A stretch of 64,000 nucleotides of DNA from the NCBI GenBank assembly GCA_031411295.1, contig JANOAV010000077.1:1-64000 (forward strand). The letters run 5' to 3'. Source of the DNA: Verrucomicrobiales bacterium. Its GTDB lineage: Bacteria > Verrucomicrobiota > Verrucomicrobiia > Verrucomicrobiales > V1-33. Numbering within the stretch: position 1 is the first letter of the stretch; each line of letters starts with the position of its first letter. The position numbers were made by a program, and so were the translations under genes. Shown piece by piece: positions 8,114-17,902 of this stretch. The notes under the pieces were generated by a model that made no database searches, had not been told where the DNA came from, and saw only the letters and a list, made by a program, of their open reading frames with translations.

Positions 8114-9133
8114 ATGACTACATGGTATTACACAAAAAATGGCGAGCGGTTAGGTCCAGTTTCCTTTGAGGAAATTAAAACTATTGCACGCAGCGGTTCG
8201 TTGGATGTGAATCGAGACTTAGCATGGACGGAGGGGATGCAGGAATGGAAGCCCTTGAGTGCCATCCCTGGATTATTGAGCGATGGGGATGCTCCAAGTA
8301 ACGCCCCCTTTAATCCCTATGGAGCCCCTAGCACTGCCTCGGATGACCTCTTGGCACCCTCCACAGAGGGGCCGCTTACGGAGATAACTCCTGGCTCTTT
8401 AGGGTTACCAGTGATGACCGTTATTAAAAGAGCCATCGCCATCGTGAAGCGACAGTTTGGAACCATTTTGGCGATTGGTATTGTTTACCTGGTTATCAGT
8501 TGGGGGATCAACCTGGTGTTAGGGGCAGTTGATGGTGCTCTAGGGCTCGGTCGCATGACTCAAATGCGTCTCCCCGGAGGCGAGATGCTGGAGGTGCCAA
8601 GCCAGAGCATCCTAGCTCAGATCGTTGGCTTCGTCTGTAACACGTTTCTGCTTTTAGGGCTTACCCGTGCCAGCTTGGATCTGGCCTCTGGGGAACCAGC
8701 CTCGATCAGCAGTCTATTTAGCCAAGGCCATAAGCTATTGAAGGGGCTGGGAGCATTGCTCCTTGTCTATCTCATCGTCGCCCTTGGATTCTTGGCGCTC
8801 ATCCTACCAGGGATTTTTCTAGCGGCGCGTTTATCCTACATCAATTACGCCATTGTTGACCTTAACTTGGGCGTGATTGACTCCATCAAATACAGTTACA
8901 AGCTAACTGAAAAGAATGTGCTGAACAACATAGGACTTTACCTCATGGGCATGCTCATTCTGCTTCTCGGGGTCATTGCGTTGGTCGTTGGATTGGTCTT
9001 CGCCATCCCAGTTTTGATGATGGCAATGCCAATTGCATTTCGTTTCCTCCAATATGGCAATATCGCGCTACAGGATCATCCAGGCACGGAAGCACCAATG
9101 CTGCAGGGGCGGACTAACCTGGCGAATCGCTAG
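8114..9133 (+). CDS. GYF_2 (DUF4339) domain membrane protein
   Basis: WYY..NGERLGPVS...LAWTEGMQEWKP, NPYxAP linker, about 5 TM helices. Start at ATG 8114. Confidence 0.85.
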   Translation: MTTWYYTKNGERLGPVSFEEIKTIARSGSLDVNRDLAWTEGMQEWKPLSAIPGLLSDGDAPSNAPFNPYGAPSTASDDLLAPSTEGPLTEITPGSLGLPVMTVIKRAIAIVKRQFGTILAIGIVYLVISWGINLVLGAVDGALGLGRMTQMRLPGGEMLEVPSQSILAQIVGFVCNTFLLLGLTRASLDLASGEPASISSLFSQGHKLLKGLGALLLVYLIVALGFLALILPGIFLAARLSYINYAIVDLNLGVIDSIKYSYKLTEKNVLNNIGLYLMGMLILLLGVIALVVGLVFAIPVLMMAMPIAFRFLQYGNIALQDHPGTEAPMLQGRTNLANR

Positions 9134-9171
9134 TATTTCGCGCAGCAGCATCCTGCTCAGATTTAGGTGGT

Positions 9172-10176
9172 TTAGGTTCTTGTGGTCTCACCAAAGACAG
9201 CTGCCTGGAAATGTTCCAGACGCACGCCCGCAGCTTCCCTGGCTGCGTGCAGCGCCTCCACGGGCGCATCGATTCCTTCATCCGTGAGCTGCCAGGTGCC
9301 ATAGTGCATCCCCAAGCTTCGCTTGGCGTGGAGATCCAGATGTGCTTGCACGGCTTCTGCTGGATTCATGTGCATGGTCTTCATGAACCACCGAGGCTCG
9401 TAGGCACCGATGGGCAGCAGTGCCAGATCCGTTGTGCCCAAGCGTGTGGCGATTTCCTGGAAATGGCTGGCATATCCACTGTCGCCCGCAAAGAAGACGG
9501 ATCTTGCCTCGCGCTGCAAACGAAAGCCGCCCCAGAGGCTGGTGTTGCGCGTGCCACCACCTCGGTTGGACCAATGTAAAGCAGGAGTGAAAGTGGCGGT
9601 GGCAGCACACGCCGGGAATTGCTCCTCCAAATTCACCTGCTGCCACCAGTCCATTGCCATGACGCGCTGCAGGCCGTGGAATTGCAGGAAAGCGGCATTT
9701 CCCAGTCCAGTTAGAATCAGCGGGTGGAATCGTTCCTGAAGCCGCAGCAGGGTGGCGAGATCGCAATGATCGTAGTGGTTGTGACTCAGTAGCACTAACG
9801 AGATTTTCGGCAATCCTTCCCAGGCGATGGCAGGCGGGCGCACCCGCCGGGGCCCCGCCCAAGCTACTGGGCTGCAACGGTCGGACCATACGGGATCCGT
9901 AAGGATATTCAGACCAGCATACTGCACCAGAAACGTCGCGTGTCCCACCAACGTGGCTGTGAGGTCTGCAACGTCAGGGGAAGCCGCAAACGAAGGCGCC
10001 ACCAAGCCGCCCGCTTGTTTTGGCCACACGGCTGGCTTTGAGGATGTTTTCCATTTCAATATATCCCAACCAGAACTCCGGAGCACCTGGCCGGGGTTGA
10101 AGAAATATCGCCCATCACAATGATCGCTCAGCGAGAAAGTTGGTGTCAGGGGCGGGCGATATCTGCGGGGTAGCAT
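9172..10176 (-). CDS. MBL-fold metallo-hydrolase (NAPE-PLD/RomA-like)
   Basis: GHATFL, LTDPVWS, SHNHYDH, FFAGDSGY, LPIGAYEP, HYGTW motifs. Confidence 0.9.
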   Translation of the reverse strand: MLPRRYRPPLTPTFSLSDHCDGRYFFNPGQVLRSSGWDILKWKTSSKPAVWPKQAGGLVAPSFAASPDVADLTATLVGHATFLVQYAGLNILTDPVWSDRCSPVAWAGPRRVRPPAIAWEGLPKISLVLLSHNHYDHCDLATLLRLQERFHPLILTGLGNAAFLQFHGLQRVMAMDWWQQVNLEEQFPACAATATFTPALHWSNRGGGTRNTSLWGGFRLQREARSVFFAGDSGYASHFQEIATRLGTTDLALLPIGAYEPRWFMKTMHMNPAEAVQAHLDLHAKRSLGMHYGTWQLTDEGIDAPVEALHAAREAAGVRLEHFQAAVFGETTRT

Positions 10177-10245
10177 GTGTAATGGAGCATTAGAAAAGGG
10201 GTTGCATGGGTTGCATGGATTGAATCCTCGGCAGAGGCTAGCACG

Positions 10246-11206
10246 TCATTCCAATTTCTTCAACAACTCAGAGCGTTCTTGATCGGTGAAATGGGCAGAT
10301 TCTAACGCCATGCGTGCTGCTGCTTTACCGCCGTTATTTTTCCAGGTGCCGATCACGGCTTCGGCGGATTTCCGACGTTCGGCGGGGTCATTGATGCTGG
10401 TGGCCCAGACGAAGGCGGCATTGGGATCATCCCGGGCGATGGTGGTGGCTAGTTTGGCGGCGGCGGTATCGCGTCCTTCCCCAGTCGGAAGATTTGTAAT
10501 CCATTCGCTGGCAGCAGCGGGATCGAAGTTGATCCAGGATTCTGCAATGCCTCCGATGGCCTGTTCCCGGGCTCCGCCGCCGGGCAGGGCTTCCATCCAA
10601 GAGATGGCCTTCTGCGGATCATCCCGCGCCATGGTGGAGACGACGTTTTTGGCGATGGTTTGGTTTGTTGGACATGATATACTGCTGGTTTGATCCCAGC
10701 GTTTTCGTGCGCAACGTAGCGATGGCTCCCTGGGGATCGGATTCGGCTTGAGTTGTTAGTATTTGGCCGATCGCATTTTGTTTGTCTCGCATGTTAGTCT
10801 GTCCGTCCGCCCATGCCATTGCCGCCGCGGGATCGCGCTGCACCCAGACGGCGGCTACGGCGTTCAAGGCGTTGCTGCGGGCTTGCGCGTTCTTTACTTG
10901 ATCAAGGCTGGCAGTTGCAGCGACGGGATCCTGGCCGGCCCAGGTTTGGAAGAAGCTGCGCGAGGCCCAGCTATCAAACATTCCTTTACTGGCGTTCACC
11001 AGCTTGAGTCCTTCGGTCGGATTATGCAGCGCCAATTCTGAGAGAATGGATGACTTCGCGCTCATTCCTCTTTGGCCCAGCTTGGTGGCTTGCTCCCAAG
11101 CGGCGGTGGGATTCTTGGCCGCCATGGCCCGGAAGGCGGTATCGGACATGATCAAAACCGTTGTCGATATTTGTGAGGAATACAAGCGCTCGTTCCCCAT
11201 GTTCAT
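10246..11206 (-). pseudogene. Disrupted helical-repeat (DPxAAxxW) protein
   Basis: Two ORFs with the same repeat (NPTAAWEQ, DPVAATAS, DPAAAMAW, DPQKAISW, DPAAASEW, DPNAAFVW) joined out of frame near 10655..10670. No signal or N-terminal anchor. Confidence 0.65.
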
Positions 11207-12342
11207 TTAAACAACACTGGCAGCAATTCCGCCAAGTAGCCGCGCCAGACGGTCCAGCTATGATCTCCCTCAGTTAGGTGAAAACTGCGCTTGATGCCGT
11301 GTTGCTCTAAGATGCGCTCAAATTTCTTTTGCTCTGGCAGCAGGTAATCATCGCGCCCGATCTGATGCCAGAAGAGGCGGAGGTTAGCGTTGGTGGTTTC
11401 CGGATGCGTGAGCGCTTCCAGGCAATTCTTCTCCGCATCGGGGACATAAGCACTCATGCCGCAGACGGAGGCGAAGAGGTCCTGATGGCGCAGGCCAATG
11501 AACATGGACTGGAACCCGCCCATGGACAGTCCGCAGATCGCGCGCTGACTGGCGTTGGCTTTGGTGTGATAGAGGTGATCCACAAATGGCACGGCATGTT
11601 TAACCAGATCCGTTTCCATGGCTTCCAGGTTGCGCGGGCCGATGCCTTCCTCGTCTTGTAAATAGGCGTGTCCGTCTGGCATGACGATAATCATGGGGGG
11701 AGCCTGATGTTTCGCGATCAAGTTATCCATGATGTAATGAGCATGGCCGAACTCGGTCCACGTGGCTTCGGTATCCCCCGTGCCGTGTAGCAGATAGAGC
11801 ACAGGCCAGCGGGCCTCGGGCTGGGATTCGTAGCCCGGTGGGGTGTAGATGCGGAGGTGGCGCACGCGCTTCAGCGAAGGGGAGTAATAATCATTTAAAT
11901 GAATCGTCCCGTGGGGCACTTCCTGCCACTGCGTGAGCGGTGGCGTGGCGGATAAGATTTCCAATTCACTTTCGTCAGGATCGCGCTCGGGTTTGATTTC
12001 GGGATTCGATGGGTCCAGCATGGCCTCGCCATCGACTATAAAACTATAACCATAAATGCCGGGCAGGATGGGGCCCAGTCTCACTGACCAGACACCCTGC
12101 GCATCTTTGGTCATGGGGACGGGTTGATGTTGGATGCCGCGCAGTTTCACCTCGACAGCTTTCGGGGCATCCAGGCGAAAGGTCACCCGATGGTCCGCGT
12201 GAATTTCAGGCGATTCCACTTCGTTGTCGGAATCACGTTGCTTGACGTCCGAGGGAGGTGCAGGTGGTGGCGCATCCGCCATGACGACATTGGGAAGCGG
12301 GCAGAGGAGCAGGAACAGGGGGAGGACGGAAACGAAATGCAT
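11203..12342 (-). CDS. Secreted esterase (CE1/Fes-like alpha/beta hydrolase with N-terminal CBM48/E-set-like domain)
   Basis: VTFRLDAP..GVWSV..PGIYGYSF, IYTPPGY, PVLYLLHG, GLSMGG nucleophile, GDHSW..WR. Start uncertain (12342, 12354 or 12381). Confidence 0.85.
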   Translation of the reverse strand: MHFVSVLPLFLLLCPLPNVVMADAPPPAPPSDVKQRDSDNEVESPEIHADHRVTFRLDAPKAVEVKLRGIQHQPVPMTKDAQGVWSVRLGPILPGIYGYSFIVDGEAMLDPSNPEIKPERDPDESELEILSATPPLTQWQEVPHGTIHLNDYYSPSLKRVRHLRIYTPPGYESQPEARWPVLYLLHGTGDTEATWTEFGHAHYIMDNLIAKHQAPPMIIVMPDGHAYLQDEEGIGPRNLEAMETDLVKHAVPFVDHLYHTKANASQRAICGLSMGGFQSMFIGLRHQDLFASVCGMSAYVPDAEKNCLEALTHPETTNANLRLFWHQIGRDDYLLPEQKKFERILEQHGIKRSFHLTEGDHSWTVWRGYLAELLPVLFK

Positions 12343-12452
12343 CACCTGCAGCATGGCACAAAGTCTGCGAATCGCGTGCAAAATATGCGGGGGTTACATT
12401 ATCATCACGATCTTGCCAAGCGGCCCAGACAGCGGTAGGGGTCCGCTACCCT

Positions 12453-15005
12453 ATGCTTCGCTCCCTCCTGCTTTACCTCGTGCTTCTCCTCTCCCTGCTG
12501 CGGCCCGGCCTGCGCGCGGAGGAGGGTGAGCCTGCTCCGGATGCGGAGCCGGTCTATGAATACAAACCACAGAAACTTCGCCTGGTCCGCAGCGAGTTCG
12601 AGATTCGCGTGCTGGACGCGCAACTGCGCCCGCCGCGCGCGGTGGTGGTATTTGGCTCGGGTGACGGCGGTTGGAGTGAGTGGGAGGAGGCCGTCTGCAA
12701 TTGGCTGAGCGATGCTGGCGCGGTCATTGTGACGCTGGATTCCCGAAAATATTGCGAGAAAGATTTCACCCCGGATATCCTGGCGCGTGATATGGCCTCA
12801 CTGGCGGCAGAGGGCTTGAAGGTGGGGGGCGATGGCGCGCTGCCGATCATCTATGCGGGCTGGAGCACTGGAGCCGTCTTGACGGTGCCAGCTGCCGCTT
12901 CGCGGAAACATCCAAAGAATTTGGCCGGCATCATGATGTTGAGTGCTGACAGCCGCGGGCGCTACGGACTCCGGCCCAGCGATGAGCTTGGGATCACGCC
13001 GGAGGGGCCTGGCACGTTTGCGCTGACAGAATTCAGCAATCAAATGAACGGTCTGCGGGTGGCTCAATTTCATGGTTCCACGGACTTCATGGCCAGCACC
13101 ACCTGGATTAGATCTTTAAACGCCAATCGCCAACTCTACGAAATTTCCGGGGCCAATCACGGCTTCGACGGGCCGTCGGAAGAGTTCCAAGGGTATCTGC
13201 TAAGGGGCTTCGATTGGGTGCTGGGAGATGACACCGCCGCCGCTCCCATGGAAGACCAAGGACTTCCCTACGGACTCTCTCCACTCTGGCCCATCGCGCT
13301 GATCGCTATTTCCCTAACGCTGTTCTTTATCTTCAGCCGACGCCACTCATTGCGGGTGTTAGGCTGGGCAGTCATCGTCATGGGCTGGACGAATATTCTG
13401 GAGTCGCTGATCACCAAGCCTCCCGGCGTGATTTCTTGGATGGAACAATGGATGCCGCTGGGAGTAAGCGATAAGAGCCGGGTGCTGCTACTGGTAGCCG
13501 GATTGAGTTTGCTGGTGCTGGCGCGGGGGCTGCGTCGTCGCAAACGCGCGGCCTGGTGGCTGGGAGTGGCGTTGCTGGGCGGATCGGTGGTGTTGCATTT
13601 ATCACGGGCGTTTGACTGGCATCATGCGCTGGCGGCCTTCGTGTTGCTGGTGCCGTTAGTGCGCTGGCGACGCGAGTTCTCCGCCCGCTCAGACCGGCCT
13701 TCCATTGGCATCGCATGGAAAGTAGCCTTGGGCTTGCTGTTGGCGCTGTTCACGTATGGCACCATCAGTCTGCACGAATACAGCCGCCGTGGAGCCTATG
13801 GGGCGGACGGCCTCACTTGGAAAGAATGCGCTCAGGCCTCGGTGGCGGGAGTCTTCGCCCAGAAGTCCGTGGCCGATCACCAGGGCAGCCGGGAAGCCCG
13901 GAGCTTCCTGCGCACCTTGCGCGTGGGCGGGCTCTTGAGCGGCCTGGTGGTGCTGGTGCTCTTGCTGCGGCCCGTGGTGCTGCGAGAAGAAATTAACGAG
14001 GAGGACCGATCACGCGCAAAAAAAGTGATCGCAGCGCAGGGGAATGATCCGATGGACTACTTTGCGCTGCTGAACGACAAAAGTTACTATTTCAACGAAG
14101 ACAGCACCGGCTGCGTGGCCTATGCGCTGTGGCGTAATTTTGCAGTCGCCCTAGCCGATCCCATTTGCGCGCCCGAACAGCGCGCGGGGATGATTTCCGG
14201 GTTTGTGAAATTCTGCACCCAGCAAGACTGGGAGCCGCTGTTCTACTGCTCACATGTCAGCCAACGAGCGAATTATGAAGCGCAAGGATTGGTCACGCTT
14301 AAAGTGGGTGAGGATGCCCGACTGGATGTAAATGAATTCAAACTGGCCGGGGGAAAATTCCAGAACCTCCGCACGGCCCGCAACAAGGCGCAAAAAGCCG
14401 GCCTCACCTTCCAGTGGTATGACGCGCAACCCCAGCCGGATCATGGACTGGAGGCGCAGTTGCAATTGCTTTCCAGCGAATGGCTGAAACGAAAGCACGG
14501 AGGGGAAATGACGTTCGACCTGGGACAATTCAGCATCCCCACGATTCGGGAACACGGGGTGGCCATCGTGCGCAATCCGGAGGGCCGCATGGAGGCCTTC
14601 GCCACTTGGTGGCCGTATGCCCAGGGACAGGGGCGCACGCTGGACATCATGCGAGCACGCGAAGAAGTGCGCGATGTGATGGATTTTCTCATCGTGGAAG
14701 CGATGGATCATTTCAAAGCCCAAGGGGTCACGGAAATCAGTCTGGGCAACGCTCCATTAGCCAATGTCGATACCGACACGGAGGGTCATGACCCCACACG
14801 CCAAGAACGAGCCGTGAACTTCCTCTTTGAAAATTTCGACCGCTTCTACGGCTACAAACGGCTCTTCAATTTCAAAAATAAATACCAGCCGAACTGGCAG
14901 GGACGCTACCTAGCCTATCGACCACGCGTGCCGTTAGCCCTGGTCGGGCTGGCCATTGCCGGAGTGCATTTGCCGCGGGGCTTCATGGGCTTGCTGCGTT
15001 CGTAG
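12453..15005 (+). CDS. Fusion of VirJ/AcvB-like hydrolase, membrane domain and aminoacyl-phosphatidylglycerol synthase (MprF/LpiA C-terminal) domain
   Basis: Signal peptide. FGSGDGGW and GWSTGA hydrolase motifs. About 7 TM helices including LARGLRRRKRAAW. Synthase motifs DKSYYF, LADPI, KVGEDA, LDIMR, MDFL, ISLGNAPL, FYGYKRL.FK.KYQP.W..RYL. Confidence 0.85.
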   Translation: MLRSLLLYLVLLLSLLRPGLRAEEGEPAPDAEPVYEYKPQKLRLVRSEFEIRVLDAQLRPPRAVVVFGSGDGGWSEWEEAVCNWLSDAGAVIVTLDSRKYCEKDFTPDILARDMASLAAEGLKVGGDGALPIIYAGWSTGAVLTVPAAASRKHPKNLAGIMMLSADSRGRYGLRPSDELGITPEGPGTFALTEFSNQMNGLRVAQFHGSTDFMASTTWIRSLNANRQLYEISGANHGFDGPSEEFQGYLLRGFDWVLGDDTAAAPMEDQGLPYGLSPLWPIALIAISLTLFFIFSRRHSLRVLGWAVIVMGWTNILESLITKPPGVISWMEQWMPLGVSDKSRVLLLVAGLSLLVLARGLRRRKRAAWWLGVALLGGSVVLHLSRAFDWHHALAAFVLLVPLVRWRREFSARSDRPSIGIAWKVALGLLLALFTYGTISLHEYSRRGAYGADGLTWKECAQASVAGVFAQKSVADHQGSREARSFLRTLRVGGLLSGLVVLVLLLRPVVLREEINEEDRSRAKKVIAAQGNDPMDYFALLNDKSYYFNEDSTGCVAYALWRNFAVALADPICAPEQRAGMISGFVKFCTQQDWEPLFYCSHVSQRANYEAQGLVTLKVGEDARLDVNEFKLAGGKFQNLRTARNKAQKAGLTFQWYDAQPQPDHGLEAQLQLLSSEWLKRKHGGEMTFDLGQFSIPTIREHGVAIVRNPEGRMEAFATWWPYAQGQGRTLDIMRAREEVRDVMDFLIVEAMDHFKAQGVTEISLGNAPLANVDTDTEGHDPTRQERAVNFLFENFDRFYGYKRLFNFKNKYQPNWQGRYLAYRPRVPLALVGLAIAGVHLPRGFMGLLRS

Positions 15006-15058
15006 TCACCGAAGGACGAGCGCTCATCTAACGTTGCCATTTCCTTGCCCGTGCCGCT

Positions 15059-16786
15059 TTATTTCACCTTGAGGGCTTCGATGTTCTGGCCGCCTTGGTG
15101 GTGAATCGCTTTGGTGACTTTGCCTGCTTTATCTTTGATGAATTCAATGCTGGCAGGGACGATTTTCCAAACAAATTCGGTGGCGGACTTGGGGAAGATG
15201 GGGGCTTCTGGTTGGTTGGTCATCTTGGCGAAGATTTGGTTGTCTTTGCGGGTGACCGTGAGGGTCATGGCCGGAGAGTATTGGTAGTCTCCAAGGATGG
15301 CATTGTATTCGGCATCGGTGAGTTTCATCTCGTCCGTTGCCGGGAGGCGGGTGGCATTGAAGGTGGTGCCGTTTTGGGTGTGCTGGGCGGCGGTGATTTC
15401 GCTTTTTTCGTTGGCGATAAATTTCACTTTGGCGTCGGTGACCTTCCAGAAAAACTCGCGGGTGCCGGAGGGGAAGATTTCATATTTCTCCTGACCGGTC
15501 AGTTGGGCGTAGAGTTTATCTCCTTCGACAGTGACAGTGAGGATGGCGGTTTTATAGTCGTAACGACCGACGAGAGCGGCGTAGGTCTTGGGATCCACGT
15601 TGGCGTTAACGGTGGGTGCAGGGATTTTCTTGATTTCCTCTGCGAGAACATTTTTGCCGATGGTCTGGGCGATGGCAGTGGGCTCAAGGCCTTTGATGGT
15701 GGGAAGGGCGTTGGCGAGGACGATGACGGTGGTGCGCTTGGTGGGGAAGTAAAGCAGATCGCTGGACCAGCCGTTGAGACCTCCGCTGTGGTCGATGCTG
15801 GGGAGCCCGCCGAGTTCTCCCATGACGAGGCCGTAGCCGTAGCGCATGCCTTCGACGCCTTCCGGAAGGGTGACGGGCGTGGTCATCGCTTTGTAGGATT
15901 CGGCGTTGAGGACCTTGCCGTTGTGCAGGGCTTCGCTCCATTTAAAAAGATCCTCGGCGGTGGAATAGAGGGCACCAGCTCCGCCGGCCCAGCTCATGTC
16001 CCATTCGAGCGCGGGCTTGGCCACGCCATCGGTGACTTCGTAGCCTTTCGCGGCTCTGGGTGGCGGGTTGGCGTTGTCATAGATGCCGGTGGACTGCATG
16101 ACGAGGGGTTTGAAGAAAGTTTCTTCCAAATAGGCACCGAACGATTTCCCGCTGACCTTGGCGACGATCTCGCCAGCGAGGAAGTAGGCGGAGTTGTTGT
16201 AGTGGAAGCCTTTGCCGGGCGCGAAGTCGGGGGTGTCACCCTGCATGGACTTGATGAGTTTTGCCGGGGTGGTGGGTCGCGGGACTTGTTGGAGGAAGCC
16301 CGGTCGGTCGGTGAAACTATGAATGCCGGAGGTGTGGGTGAGGAGCTGATGCAGCGTGATTTCCTTGGCGTTGGGGATGTCTGGGAAGTATTTGGCGAGC
16401 GGGTCTGTGAGGCTCAATTTCCCAGCTTCCGCGAGTTTCAAAATGGCGGCGGCGGTGAACTGTTTGGTGATGGAGCCGATGCGGAATTTGGTGATGATGG
16501 CCAGGGGAGCGACATTTTTGTCCGAACCAGCGGGGGGAGCATGGCTAAACCAAGGCGCCGTTGCAGACCCGGGTATTTTCTCTTCGATGTTGGCGAAGCC
16601 GAAGCCGCGGTTATAGATGATCTTTCCCTCCCGCGCATAGAGCACCATGAGGGCATGCGAGTCGCCTTTCGTAAGCCCTTCGATATACTCGGCGGTTCTC
16701 TCCTCTGGTGTGGCCTCCTTGGCTCGGAGGGAGGCGGAGAGGAGTCCGAGGGTGAGGCAGAGATGAAGTGAGATTTTCGCGATCAT
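15059..16786 (-). CDS. Serine hydrolase (beta-lactamase/PBP family) with two C-terminal DUF3471-like domains
   Basis: FRIGSITKQF (SxxK), LLTHTSG, YNN, AGALYST, HSG. Two GxY.Y...LTVT..G..L.A..T.Q..IFP domains. Confidence 0.9.
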   Translation of the reverse strand: MIAKISLHLCLTLGLLSASLRAKEATPEERTAEYIEGLTKGDSHALMVLYAREGKIIYNRGFGFANIEEKIPGSATAPWFSHAPPAGSDKNVAPLAIITKFRIGSITKQFTAAAILKLAEAGKLSLTDPLAKYFPDIPNAKEITLHQLLTHTSGIHSFTDRPGFLQQVPRPTTPAKLIKSMQGDTPDFAPGKGFHYNNSAYFLAGEIVAKVSGKSFGAYLEETFFKPLVMQSTGIYDNANPPPRAAKGYEVTDGVAKPALEWDMSWAGGAGALYSTAEDLFKWSEALHNGKVLNAESYKAMTTPVTLPEGVEGMRYGYGLVMGELGGLPSIDHSGGLNGWSSDLLYFPTKRTTVIVLANALPTIKGLEPTAIAQTIGKNVLAEEIKKIPAPTVNANVDPKTYAALVGRYDYKTAILTVTVEGDKLYAQLTGQEKYEIFPSGTREFFWKVTDAKVKFIANEKSEITAAQHTQNGTTFNATRLPATDEMKLTDAEYNAILGDYQYSPAMTLTVTRKDNQIFAKMTNQPEAPIFPKSATEFVWKIVPASIEFIKDKAGKVTKAIHHQGGQNIEALKVK

Positions 16787-16793
16787 GCAGTCG

Positions 16794-16821
16794 AGAGTAT
16801 CAATCGGTGCGGTTACGTCAA
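16794..16821 (-). promoter_or_regulatory. sigma70-like promoter, probably leaderless
   Basis: TTGACG-16-TACTCT with TGn extension, 7 nt before ATG 16786. Confidence 0.5.
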
Positions 16822-16910
16822 TCCCTTCCATGGTGGTGGAGGTGACGGTCCCGATGACACTGCCGGCTCATTCCCTGACGTTCGTGATCGTTTTGCACGT
16901 CAATGAGGGA

Positions 16911-16939
16911 TTGTCGGATGTCGCCCGGTTCCTTAATAT
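16911..16939 (+). promoter_or_regulatory. sigma70-like promoter, probably leaderless
   Basis: TTGTCG-17-TAATAT, 6 nt before ATG 16946. Confidence 0.5.
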
Positions 16940-16945
16940 CCGAAG

Positions 16946-17848
16946 ATGATTACCCGTCGCCATTTCTTTCAAGCCAGTGCCGCCACCTTTATTGCCACCA
17001 CTCTGCATGCGCAGGAGAAACCCAGCCTGCGCAAGGCGGTCAAGATTGGCATGATCGAAGGGAAGAGCTTCCTGGAGAAATTTCAGTTGATCAAGAAACT
17101 TGGATTTGAAGGCGTGGAGATGGACAGCCCGGGCTGCAATGAAGCGCAACGGCAGGAAGCCAAAGAGGCCGCCGCCGCCACCGGCATCACCATTCATGGC
17201 GTCGTCATTTCCAGTCACTGGGGCGTGCGGCATTCCGATCCCAGCCCTGAGGTGCGGGCGAATGCGATGAAGAATTTGTTGGGAGCCATCGACGACGCGA
17301 AGTTCTGGGGCGCCACCACGGTGCTGCTAGTGCCGGGAGCCGTGAAGAATGCCGAGACGGAAAATTTCGACCAAGTCTGGGAACGCTCCACGGCGGCTGT
17401 GAAGGAGGCCCTGCCTTATGCGGAAAAGGCCGGCGTAAAGATTGCGATCGAAGTGGTGTGGAATAATTTCATCACCAAGCCCGAGCAGATGATCAAGTAT
17501 GTGGATCAGTTCAACAGCCCGTGGGTGGGCACCTATTTCGATTGCTCGAACATGCTGAAATATGGCGTGGCTTCGGCGGAATGGATCCGGCTGTTAGGGA
17601 AACGCCTGCTGAAATTTGACTTCAAAGGCTACAGCAACGCCAAGGCGAAAGCAGCGGGTAAGGATGGCGCAGGCTTCGGGGTTAAGATCGGTGAGGGTGA
17701 TGAAGCCTGGCCGGATGTGCTCAAGGCCTTGGATGAAGTCGGCTATATCAAGAACACCGGTGGCTGGGCGACCTCAGAAGTTGGCGGCGGAGGTGAAGCC
17801 GTCCTCAAGGATGTGGCCGAACGCATGAATAAGGTGCTCGGCCTGTAA
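16946..17848 (+). CDS. Tat-exported sugar phosphate isomerase/epimerase (xylose-isomerase-like TIM barrel)
   Basis: TRRHFF Tat motif, GFEGVE, VLLVPG, IAIEVVWNNF, YFDCSN, FDFKGY. Confidence 0.85.
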   Translation: MITRRHFFQASAATFIATTLHAQEKPSLRKAVKIGMIEGKSFLEKFQLIKKLGFEGVEMDSPGCNEAQRQEAKEAAAATGITIHGVVISSHWGVRHSDPSPEVRANAMKNLLGAIDDAKFWGATTVLLVPGAVKNAETENFDQVWERSTAAVKEALPYAEKAGVKIAIEVVWNNFITKPEQMIKYVDQFNSPWVGTYFDCSNMLKYGVASAEWIRLLGKRLLKFDFKGYSNAKAKAAGKDGAGFGVKIGEGDEAWPDVLKALDEVGYIKNTGGWATSEVGGGGEAVLKDVAERMNKVLGL

Positions 17849-17902
17849 CGAGCCTACGCGAAACTCTTGCATCCGACGGGAGCATCTGCTTAGACTGCCT
17901 CC

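Noticed and set aside
15095..16771. 558-aa + strand ORF
   Set aside because: Antisense shadow of the serine hydrolase caused by its codon bias. No motifs.
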